Assembly (NCBI GenBank): GCA_900541805.1
Contig: UQLH01000010.1
Location: 185 to 64,184 of the forward strand
Source: an uncultured Collinsella sp.
Lineage (GTDB): Bacteria; Actinomycetota; Coriobacteriia; Coriobacteriales; Coriobacteriaceae
Direction: 5' to 3'
Length of the DNA: 64,000 nucleotides
Within the stretch, counting starts at the first letter, position 1; each line of letters opens with the position of its first letter. Made by a program: the position numbers and the translations under genes. A model generated the notes under the pieces. The model did no database searches, was not told where the DNA came from, and was given only the letters and a program-made list of their open reading frames with translations. This document shows positions 22,132 to 33,629 of the stretch, piece after piece.

Positions 22132-23493
22132 ATGCTACGCCGTAAGGTCACTGATAGGCTTTTGAGCTGGAAGAATAACTCCAATAAGGCATTACTCGTT
22201 ACTGGTGCGCGTCAGATTGGCAAGAGCTATGCGATTCGCGCGTTTGGAAAAAGCAACTACGCTTCGTATTTTGAGGTCAATTTACTACTCGATGTCGAAG
22301 CAAGGAATGCACTTGTTGGCGCAAAGAACTCCGTTGACTTTATCAACCGCGTAGCCCTTCTTGCGGATGCGCCGCTTGTTGAGGGCGATACGCTTGTCTT
22401 TGTCGATGAGATTCAGGAGTATCCGCAGATCGTTACACTCATGAAGGCGTTGGTCGAGGATGGGCGCTTTAGCTATGTCTTCTCGGGGTCTATGCTTGGG
22501 ACTGAGTTTAAGGGGATCTCTTCTTTTCCGGTGGGGTATGTAGAGCACATTGTTATGCGCCCGATGGATTTTGAAGAGTTTTGTTGGGCAAACAGCGTAA
22601 GCGAGAATGTGCTTGCAGGCATTCGCAGCTGCCTTGTCGAGAAACATCCTGTCGAAAACTATATTCATGAGGCGATGCTCAAGAACTATAGAGCCTATAT
22701 CGTTTGCGGCGGCATGCCGGAGGTCGTTCAGAATTATATTGATTCGGGTTATTCGCTCGTGAGCACACGTGAGCTTCAAACTCAGCTGGTCGATCAGTAC
22801 AAAAGCGATATCTCAAAATATGCATCGACTCGAGCGTTTAACGTTCGGTCGATTTTTGAGCAAATTCCCGTTCAGCTTGAGGCGGAGTCTCATCGCTTTG
22901 TTGTTTCGTCTCTGGGTGAGGGAGCTCGCCTTAAAAAATATGAGCAGGATTTCCTGTGGCTTGTTAACGCAGGTGTTGGATTGATGGTCGCCAGGGTGAC
23001 GGAGCCACGGAGTCCTCTCAAGAGGACGGAGAAAACGACAGCCTTCAAACTATACGAGTCTGATACAGGCATGCTCGCATCGCGATACCCCGGCAGCACT
23101 GCACGCGCTGTCTATCTTGATATGAAAACTCCCAACCTTGGTGGTCTCTATGAGAACGTGGTCGCGCAGGAACTCGTTGCCCTCGGGGCGGATGCATGGT
23201 ACTACCAAACGCGTGAGGTCGGTGAAGTTGACTTTGTAATCGAAGGCGCCCACGGGCATGTTGTCCCAATCGAGGTCAAATCGGGCAAGAAAGTTCGAGC
23301 GCACGCGGCCCTCGATCGTCTGATGAGTGTGGGCGAGTACAAAATTCCCGAGGCCGTTGTACTAAGCCACGAGAATCTCAGCAAAGAGGGCAAGGTTCTG
23401 TACGTTCCAATCTACATGACGTTTTGTCTCGATGAGTTTATGGAAAAGGATGACCCCAATAACGATTTCTCGTTCGCGCCCATATCTCTCTAG
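22132..23493 (+). CDS. AAA+ ATPase (AAA_14 + DUF4143, with C-terminal PD-(D/E)xK-like motif)
   Basis: GARQIGKS, FVDEIQ, PMDFEEF, GGMPE, KLYESDTG, EVDFV and PIEVKS; AT-richer than flanks. Confidence 0.88.
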   Translation: MLRRKVTDRLLSWKNNSNKALLVTGARQIGKSYAIRAFGKSNYASYFEVNLLLDVEARNALVGAKNSVDFINRVALLADAPLVEGDTLVFVDEIQEYPQIVTLMKALVEDGRFSYVFSGSMLGTEFKGISSFPVGYVEHIVMRPMDFEEFCWANSVSENVLAGIRSCLVEKHPVENYIHEAMLKNYRAYIVCGGMPEVVQNYIDSGYSLVSTRELQTQLVDQYKSDISKYASTRAFNVRSIFEQIPVQLEAESHRFVVSSLGEGARLKKYEQDFLWLVNAGVGLMVARVTEPRSPLKRTEKTTAFKLYESDTGMLASRYPGSTARAVYLDMKTPNLGGLYENVVAQELVALGADAWYYQTREVGEVDFVIEGAHGHVVPIEVKSGKKVRAHAALDRLMSVGEYKIPEAVVLSHENLSKEGKVLYVPIYMTFCLDEFMEKDDPNNDFSFAPISL

Positions 23494-23549
23494 CCATTTG
23501 AATCCGCAATCCAGCCCCGTCCACGCATCAATGCATTTCCCAAGGTGCT

Positions 23550-23700
23550 GCGCGTTTCGCGGCAAAGCCGCGAAAAAGCAAAGGGATAAGAAGCCGCAAC
23601 AACCACGCCCCCATCCATCCCCAAAGTGGCGCGAGGTTTCGCGGCAAAGCCGCGAAACAGCGAAGGGGACAAAAGGCCCCCACAACCACGTCCTTCATCC
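23550..23700. repeat. Two tandem ~82-nt units, each containing hairpin TTTCGCGGC-AAA-GCCGCGAAA
   Basis: Hairpins at 23555-23575 and 23637-23657, each followed by a similar CAACCACG.CC..CATCC. Confidence 0.75.
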
Positions 23701-23728
23701 GCCCACACAATCCGAGGACGTAGTCGTA

Positions 23729-23853
23729 GCAGGATCTGAGGGCTGACCTTCGCGGACACTCCGCAGGACGAAAGAACCCCCGCCGCACGTAGTGCGCAGC
23801 GGGGGTTCTTTCATGTCCGAGGACGTCCGCGAAGGTCAGCCCTCAGATCCTGC
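23729..23853. terminator. Long nested inverted repeat, including the nifJ terminator
   Basis: 29-bp perfect outer arms (23729-23757 / 23825-23853) enclosing GAAAGAACCCCCGC...GCGGGGGTTCTTTC. Confidence 0.75.
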
Positions 23854-23863
23854 GGTGGGAGAC

Positions 23864-27403
<3,540 letters not shown>

Positions 27404-27854
27404 ATACCCCTCTCCTCTCATATAGGTATACAGGCCCCGGCGATCGCCGGGATGTTGGCGTGATGGGATTTACGCTGTTGCTTCCAATCATCTGGCAGGC
27501 AGGCTCAGCAGCAGGTACGTGGCGTGGAGAGAAGACATGCCGAGGCGAGGGGCAGCTGATGCGCCCCACAGACCCGACCGCCCGTCTTGCACATGACCGA
27601 GCGCCGCAAAGGCCGCATGCCGGATGCTCCCGGGCACGCCCCGGCGATGGGAAGCGCCCGCAACGGAAATCCGCATGCGGGTTTATTGTACCCCGCCGTT
27701 AAGTGTAATTTCGACAAATATAGGCGGGCGGTAAAGGTTTACCTCGGGTGACCGCCAAAGGCCAGAATGGTCCCTCCATCCCCGGACGACTGGCTCTGAC
27801 GCGCCAAGGAGTGTCCCCAAGTACCGGCAGGAAAGGAACGTCCCTAACTGCCGG

Positions 27855-28278
27855 CTAGAGGGCGCCGAGCAGGATGGCGTAGGTGGTGGATTCGCCGAGT
27901 TTGAGCTCGTCGCCGGGGTTGAGCTGGGCGGAGCGGCCGGGCTCTACTTGAATACACACACTCGTGGCCCCGTTTACCACCACGGTGCCGTTAGTGGACG
28001 ACAGGTCCTCGACAAACCATGCGCCAGACTCGTCGCACCAGATATGGGCATGGCGGGCCGAGACGTCGTCGGTGATGCCGCCTTCCCCCGTTGCCAGCGC
28101 GCCGATCTCAACGCCTTCCTCACTCGGCTGAATCCAGCGCGGGACGCTCACCACGTAGCCGTTTTGCACGCACAGCAGTCCCAGCGGATGCGCCGGCGCG
28201 ACCTCGTGCTCGCCCGCGACCGAAGATGTGCTCAGCGAGCGCGGCGTCGACGTGTCGCCGCCACGGGTCGCATGAGCG
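27855..28278 (-). pseudogene. 5'-truncated diverged copy of the FHA-domain gene (matches 33645-34077)
   Basis: Near-colinear match to the C-terminus of ORF 33630-34583 with a 9-nt deletion; no N-terminal half. Confidence 0.85.
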
Positions 28279-28844
28279 CGGCGGCTCGCCCGACTTGGAA
28301 CTAAGGCGGGCGTGAGAGCAAACGGCATAGGGAACGAATCTTGCGGATGTACTCCTCGACGTCAGGCAGGTAAGCCCCACGAAGTCACCGGGGAGGCCCA
28401 AGCGGCCCGGCACCACTTCCAGATTCTGACCAGGGCGAGTCGTTCGCCGGTGGCTGAAGGCTCGCTCCCACCCAAAAGGGGAGATTCGCGTTGTTCCCCA
28501 ATCGCTCTCGCATCTTTCATTTTGCTCGAGGTGGGCTATAAAAACTTTCCTGGTGAAAGGCGGCGATTGGTTTCCTTTCTTTCTAGAGGAGCGCGCCTGT
28601 AATCTGTTTTCATCCTAAATCAAGTTAAGATCGGACCTTCCAGAGGCAAGTCGACTCAAACTGCGAGGCTCCATGTTGGAATAAAGAGCGCTGTCGAAGT
28701 GCCAACAACACAAAGCTTGCCAGTCTCAAATAGAACCTTTTGGGAGTCCGATTGGGCCGCACACCGAATCCCCGCTGGTGGTTTTTTATAGCTGCGCAAC
28801 AATAAACAAGGTTAGTGCCAGTCCAGCATGAAATTGAGGAACGT

Positions 28845-30203
28845 ATGCATTTTTTCTCAGTAAGTGATCGTCGTTACTGCTTCGATGAGGTCACTCGCAA
28901 TTGCTTTCAGGTTGACCAAGCATCAGAAGATGCGCTTCGCATATTTGAAGCATCGGGAAGAACGGTCAACTCGAAGTTGCTAACAAAGTCACTTGCTGCG
29001 AAAGGCTACGACCAAACGACCATAGCAGAACTTGAAGACGACATTGATGAGTATCAACGATTGTCTGAGCGGACTTTCTTAACAAAAGACACGCCTCGAA
29101 AACTTAGATCCATCGAACTCCACGTTTCACATGCATGCAACCTTGGTTGTAGTTACTGTTTTGCCGGTAAAGGAGATTATGGAACGTCTCCTCTGCTGAT
29201 GACAGACGAGATAGCCTTCAAGGCGGTCGACTACCTCGTCGCAAGTTCATCGGAAAACGAAACGCTTGCGATCGTCTTTTTTGGTGGGGAACCCATGATT
29301 AACGAGCCGCTGATATGGAAAACGGTCGACTATTCAAAAAGAATATACCCCAATAGAAACTTTACCTATTCTATTACGACCAACGGAACGCTTTTGAATG
29401 ACACTGCTGTGAATTCTTTCAAGGAGCACGGGTTTTCTGTTCTGATTAGTCTCGATGGTACAGGATGCAAGCACGATGCATCGCGCCCGTATAAGACGGG
29501 AGGCGGCTCTTTCTCCGATATCGACAAAAACGTTCGTCGTTTTTCCGAGTCGTTCCCCTTCGGCGCAAGAGCGACCTTAACAAATAATAACTGTAACCTT
29601 GTTGAAGACTATCTTCAGTTTAAAGAGATGGGCTTCAGAAGGATTTACTTCTCGCCCGTGAGCTCATTCGATGAGAATATCAAACTCGACGAACACTCAT
29701 TAAACAAAATCAGGGCGGGCCTAATAGATTTGGCGGATCAATATCTCAAACAGATTGATCAAGGGGAAAAGCCCTTGTTTAGAACATTGAAAACTGCAGT
29801 TGATTTGATTATGAGCAACAGGATCGCCTTTGTCGGATGCGGGGCTGGCAGGCGTTTTATTTCCGTGACTCCCGAAGGGGACGTATACCCCTGTCACAGG
29901 TTTGTCGGGATGATGCGATTCAAAATGGGCAACATCGTCACCGGAATTGACGAAACTAGGTATATTGAAAACTGGAGTCAGGGTGTCGAAAAAAGAATTG
30001 ACTGTACGGACTGTTGGGCTCGGTCTTTCTGTGGTGGGGGCTGTAGCTGGGAGGCTGCAGACGAGCACGGCTACTTGCCCAAGAGTCTACACCCTGCATC
30101 ATGTGAATATAGAAAAATGTGCTACGAGATGGCTTTTGACCTTATTTCCCGCCACTCATCTTCGCAGGAGAAAAATCAACGAGAAGCTACTGTATCGGAA
30201 TAA
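28845..30203 (+). CDS. Radical SAM/SPASM peptide maturase (PapB/CteB-like, with N-terminal RRE-like region)
   Basis: CNLGCSYC, FFGGEP, TTNG and ISLDG; SPASM motif CGAG...YPCHRF...CTDC...CGGGC...C; GAGGA RBS before ATG 28845. Confidence 0.92.
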   Translation: MHFFSVSDRRYCFDEVTRNCFQVDQASEDALRIFEASGRTVNSKLLTKSLAAKGYDQTTIAELEDDIDEYQRLSERTFLTKDTPRKLRSIELHVSHACNLGCSYCFAGKGDYGTSPLLMTDEIAFKAVDYLVASSSENETLAIVFFGGEPMINEPLIWKTVDYSKRIYPNRNFTYSITTNGTLLNDTAVNSFKEHGFSVLISLDGTGCKHDASRPYKTGGGSFSDIDKNVRRFSESFPFGARATLTNNNCNLVEDYLQFKEMGFRRIYFSPVSSFDENIKLDEHSLNKIRAGLIDLADQYLKQIDQGEKPLFRTLKTAVDLIMSNRIAFVGCGAGRRFISVTPEGDVYPCHRFVGMMRFKMGNIVTGIDETRYIENWSQGVEKRIDCTDCWARSFCGGGCSWEAADEHGYLPKSLHPASCEYRKMCYEMAFDLISRHSSSQEKNQREATVSE

Positions 30204-30372
30204 GCGGTTCAGCGCATTGCTGTCACCATTGTGGAGGTGTTCGTTCTTCTGATTACCGTCTGCGAAGCTTATTGCTACATTCGCCGAAACCATTCTAGAA
30301 ATATGGTGAACTAGACATCTTGGTTTGTTATACACAATATTGAGGTTTTTCTGCACTCAAAGGGAGGTAGTC

Positions 30373-30576
30373 GTGAAGCATATTCATCCGATTAATCCAG
30401 GAAGTGGCGGCGAGGCAGGCGTGAAGCCGATGTCTTTTGACTGCCTCTTGGGCATTACTGACATCTGTACTGTTTATGATAAAGCAGATGGCTGTGGTGC
30501 ATACGATTACTGCGACTATGACATGGATGGCGGCAGCATCTGCGTTGTAGATCACTGTGGCATTGATCAAACGTAG
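30373..30576 (+). CDS. RiPP precursor peptide A (67 aa, 6 Cys, Asp-rich)
   Basis: GGGAGG RBS with GTG start; MKHIHPINPGSGGEAGVKPMSFDCLLGITDICTVYDKADGCGAYDYCDYDMDGGSICVVDHCGIDQT. Confidence 0.88.
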   Translation: MKHIHPINPGSGGEAGVKPMSFDCLLGITDICTVYDKADGCGAYDYCDYDMDGGSICVVDHCGIDQT

Positions 30577-30606
30577 TCTCTAATTGGATTAAGGTGAGGA
30601 GCTGTT

Positions 30607-30786
30607 ATGAAGCATATCCATCCTGTTGGTTCAAATGAACATCCTCCCGTTGAGCCTTGTTGTCTTGGAGTTGATATATGCAATTTTTACGACATCGCCG
30701 AGTGCCCTGTTGCGGATTGGTGCTATGTCGATAAAGAATCAAGCTGTGTTTTGCCAGCAGATTGGTGCGATCCAGTTGACGAGTAG
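30607..30786 (+). CDS. RiPP precursor peptide B (59 aa, 7 Cys, Asp-rich; not in the ORF track)
   Basis: GAGGAG RBS with ATG start; MKHIHPVGSNEHPPVEPCCLGVDICNFYDIAECPVADWCYVDKESSCVLPADWCDPVDE; same MKHIHP start as precursor A. Confidence 0.88.
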   Translation: MKHIHPVGSNEHPPVEPCCLGVDICNFYDIAECPVADWCYVDKESSCVLPADWCDPVDE

Positions 30787-30864
30787 TTTTGTGGCTAGGA
30801 ACTATTTGGTCCAATTCAGAATAAGATGGGAACAAATACCAAAATCTCGTGTCTGGGAGGAGTT

Positions 30865-30972
30865 ATGCCATTATTGCAAGGTCTCGTTGGATTAGCCTTT
30901 ATACTTGCGTTATATCTGGCACCTTTTTTAATTCTATTCTTCATTATCCGACTCTTTCTTCGGAGAAAATAG
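30865..30972 (+). CDS. Small hydrophobic membrane peptide (35 aa), possible immunity or accessory factor
   Basis: GGAGGAG just upstream; MPLLQGLVGLAFILALYLAPFLILFFIIRLFLRRK; in-frame upstream ATG at 30826. Confidence 0.55.
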   Translation: MPLLQGLVGLAFILALYLAPFLILFFIIRLFLRRK

Positions 30973-31036
30973 GAGTGTCACGCAAACATTAGCGTAGCTT
31001 TCTTCCAATATGAGCCGAGCATTGACAAGTGGAATA

Positions 31037-31082
31037 AGAAGCCCGACCGTTCGCCACATGAAAGTGATCGGACGGGCTTCTC
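31037..31082 (+). terminator. Hairpin terminator of the rSAM-precursor transcript
   Basis: AGAAGCCCGACCG...CGGACGGGCTTCT followed by CTATTT. Confidence 0.55.
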
Positions 31083-31175
31083 TATTTAACCCGGGCCGCC
31101 ACCCATAGCGGCTTTCCAAGCGTATTCTCAGTGCAAAGCAATCGTCAGTTTAATCCTATGCGCTGATACCGCATT

Positions 31176-31301
31176 TCATTTGTTCGGCTCGAATTCTACG
31201 GCCTGGCAACCCTCGCACTCTCCGGCAAATGGATTGAACGCGAAGGCAGAGATGATGTGTGCGTGGACATCGAGGCTGCTGTAGGCAACATACTGGGACA
31301 T
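31176..31301 (-). pseudogene. Probable IS110-family transposase N-terminal remnant
   Basis: MSQYVAYSSLDVHAHIISAFAFNPFAGE resembles the Y-x-G-L-D-V-H...GE start of IS110 DEDD domains; ends after 41 codons. Confidence 0.5.
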
Positions 31302-31672
31302 GGACCCCCGCTGCGCGTGGTATGCGGCCCGGCATATTCATTGCCGTCCAACCCCGTGTAGTTGCAGCAAAGGGTGGAACCTCAATGCTCAGCCCATGTT
31401 GTCCGTGGGACACGAGAATCGTAAGTACACTTTGGTGCGATTCTCACGCTGATACTGAGCCACCTGGAATAAGATACGTCGCGACAACACTTCGCTTCAC
31501 CTCTGTCTCGACAAGATGACGTAGACTAAAGTCTCCTTTAGTAAGAGAACGAGAACCATATCTGAAAGCGTTGCGATGGCGTGAAGGCACCGAGTCCGAA
31601 CCGCCTGAATGCTACGTGCATCTGCATCGCCTTTTTGTTATCTCTGCCAGTTGGGTAGCACTACACTTGTCA

Positions 31673-33325
31673 TCATTTACCCTGGTACATGCTGCCTAAA
31701 TCCACTACCCCTTCTACCGCGCCGACCATCTCGTCATCGTGAGAGACAACGATGATCAGCTGGCTTTGCTTGTTGCGCTTAACATAGGCCGCAAGCTCGG
31801 CGCGGCTTACAGCGTCTAACCCAGTCGTGGGCTCGTCGAGCATCAAAACTGACGACTTGCGTGAAATCGCCGACCATAAGTACACGCGGCGCAGCTCACC
31901 GCCCGAAAGCGCGGAGCAACGTTTCCCGAGCAACTCCTTCACGCTGTTTTCCAGCGAAGGTAGGTCATCTACACCCCGGTGATAGGGAGAAAAGGGCGTG
32001 TCGAAATACTCTAACAGCTCTTTCACCGTTTCGTCCGGCGCGAAGCACGACTGTGGGCAGCACGATATCTCTCTCGCACGTATGTAATCCAAGTCGCATT
32101 CTTCGATTGGCACACCGTTGTATTTTACTTTGCCTTTCGATGAGTATAGCCCGAGCATCAAGTAAAGAAGTGACGTCTTGCCTCTTCCGTTCTCCCCAAC
32201 TATGCAATATGTACCAGGACCGGAAAACTTGAAAGAAAACCCGCCGAGGACCTCTCGGACAGATCCGTCTGGAAGGACAACCGAGAATTCCAAATCAGAT
32301 ACCGAAATGTCATTTATTCCATCAAGTTTCGCCAAATCGGTCCGATTCCACCCCGATCTCGCCTTTTCCCTCGTCGTGATAGCCGTCCTATCCCATGATG
32401 CTTTGGCGTCCTGATAGGATTTGAACAATGACATCATACTTTTCAAAGTCTTAAAGAGAACCGCGAAGTATGTACCGATGATAGTGTACTCGCCTATTGA
32501 CATAGTTCCGTTAATGATTCGTACTCCGGAAACAACAAGTATCACCGCTTGAAACAACGCTGCGAAAAGACCATCGAGCGATGTCAGAGAATATGATAGC
32601 TTTCCGGAGCGCAAAACTTTGGGAAAATAGCTCTTAAATCCAGCGTCGAGCGCTTGTTCGCTCTTGCCGTACGAAGATGCCAGTTGAATGTTGAGAATCT
32701 GATTAAGCTGCGATGCAATTGCGGCGTAAAAGGCGCTGTCCGCTTCTTTCTTCTCATACGTGACCCTATACAAAAGTTTCCTCAACCCAGTAATTACACA
32801 GAAATACACGATGAGGAGAATGATAGAAAACACCGCGAGAGTTGAATCAATTGACCATATGATAAGCAATACGATGGGAATAGCTACAATGGACAGCGGC
32901 GCACTGATAAAATTCGCCAAAACGAAGGATGAGACCACGCTGGAGTCGGAAATAATCCGTTGCGTTGTATAGGCTGGATCGATGGTCCGACTCACCAAGT
33001 AATCGTCTCTTTCAAAACGCAAGACGGCCTCCCTGAGAAGATCAAAGGAAAGTCTCGTGGTTATGCGAATGGAAAGTGTTCCTGCAAAATAAGTAAAGAG
33101 GGTGGAGAAAACTCCTATTGACGCAACCAGGAGTGCGAAGAGTACGGCGTCTCTTTCGCTGCGGTTACCAAGAAGAAAATCTAAGAATTTCCCGTTCACG
33201 TATGGCATGGCATAGGAGAGAGCGGTTCCAATCACCGTGATAGCAATGAAGACGAAAGCCCCTTTTGCTCTGATGAACCTCGAGAGAACGCATCGAATCA
33301 AGGAAGGCCCCAATCTACCCGCCAC
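31673..33325 (-). CDS. ABC exporter, fused permease + ATPase (no C39 peptidase domain)
   Basis: About 6 TMs, then GENGRGKT, LSGGE, MLDEPT and VSHD; start uncertain. Confidence 0.88.
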   Translation of the reverse strand: MAGRLGPSLIRCVLSRFIRAKGAFVFIAITVIGTALSYAMPYVNGKFLDFLLGNRSERDAVLFALLVASIGVFSTLFTYFAGTLSIRITTRLSFDLLREAVLRFERDDYLVSRTIDPAYTTQRIISDSSVVSSFVLANFISAPLSIVAIPIVLLIIWSIDSTLAVFSIILLIVYFCVITGLRKLLYRVTYEKKEADSAFYAAIASQLNQILNIQLASSYGKSEQALDAGFKSYFPKVLRSGKLSYSLTSLDGLFAALFQAVILVVSGVRIINGTMSIGEYTIIGTYFAVLFKTLKSMMSLFKSYQDAKASWDRTAITTREKARSGWNRTDLAKLDGINDISVSDLEFSVVLPDGSVREVLGGFSFKFSGPGTYCIVGENGRGKTSLLYLMLGLYSSKGKVKYNGVPIEECDLDYIRAREISCCPQSCFAPDETVKELLEYFDTPFSPYHRGVDDLPSLENSVKELLGKRCSALSGGELRRVYLWSAISRKSSVLMLDEPTTGLDAVSRAELAAYVKRNKQSQLIIVVSHDDEMVGAVEGVVDLGSMYQGK

Positions 33326-33469
33326 AAAACATCAATCACTGATACCTTACACCTCAACACAACAGGAGCGAAGATTTGCCAATGAGACTGCTTTAGATTG
33401 CCTTGGGCCAATACGATCTCAAGCTCTTCCTGCAAGAGAGTCGGAATCGGACATCTCCTCCGACGAATC

Positions 33470-33515
33470 TGGCAATCGGGCGGTTGAAATATCTTTTTCA
33501 ACCGCCCGATTGCCA
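33470..33515. repeat. Perfect 20-bp-stem hairpin near the island right end
   Basis: TGGCAATCGGGCGGTTGAAA-TATCTT-TTTCAACCGCCCGATTGCCA. Confidence 0.85.
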
Positions 33516-33629
33516 CAATAGATTGGAGCGTCCGCCCGCAAACGACCTCGTTTTACACCCACCAAATCCTTTGCCTTTTGTCGCCTTTTTGCTGTTCGTA
33601 GCCTTAAACAAGAACTATTTCACCGCAAC

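Noticed and set aside
28845..30203. Anaerobic sulfatase maturase or canonical SCIFF maturase
   Set aside because: No sulfatase nearby; the adjacent peptides are Asp-rich CxnD types lacking the SCIFF CxxCQxSCQSACKTSC core
30204..30314. Stop-codon read-through extension of the rSAM (open hydrophobic frame after TAA)
   Set aside because: The stop is TAA, the protein is already complete, and no recoding signal is visible
30325..30372. ORF-track N-terminal extension of precursor A (83 aa)
   Set aside because: The GGGAGG RBS and the MKHIHP match to precursor B place the start at GTG 30373
30626..30895. 89-aa plus-strand ORF in the track
   Set aside because: Overlaps precursor B in another frame, with no RBS or motif
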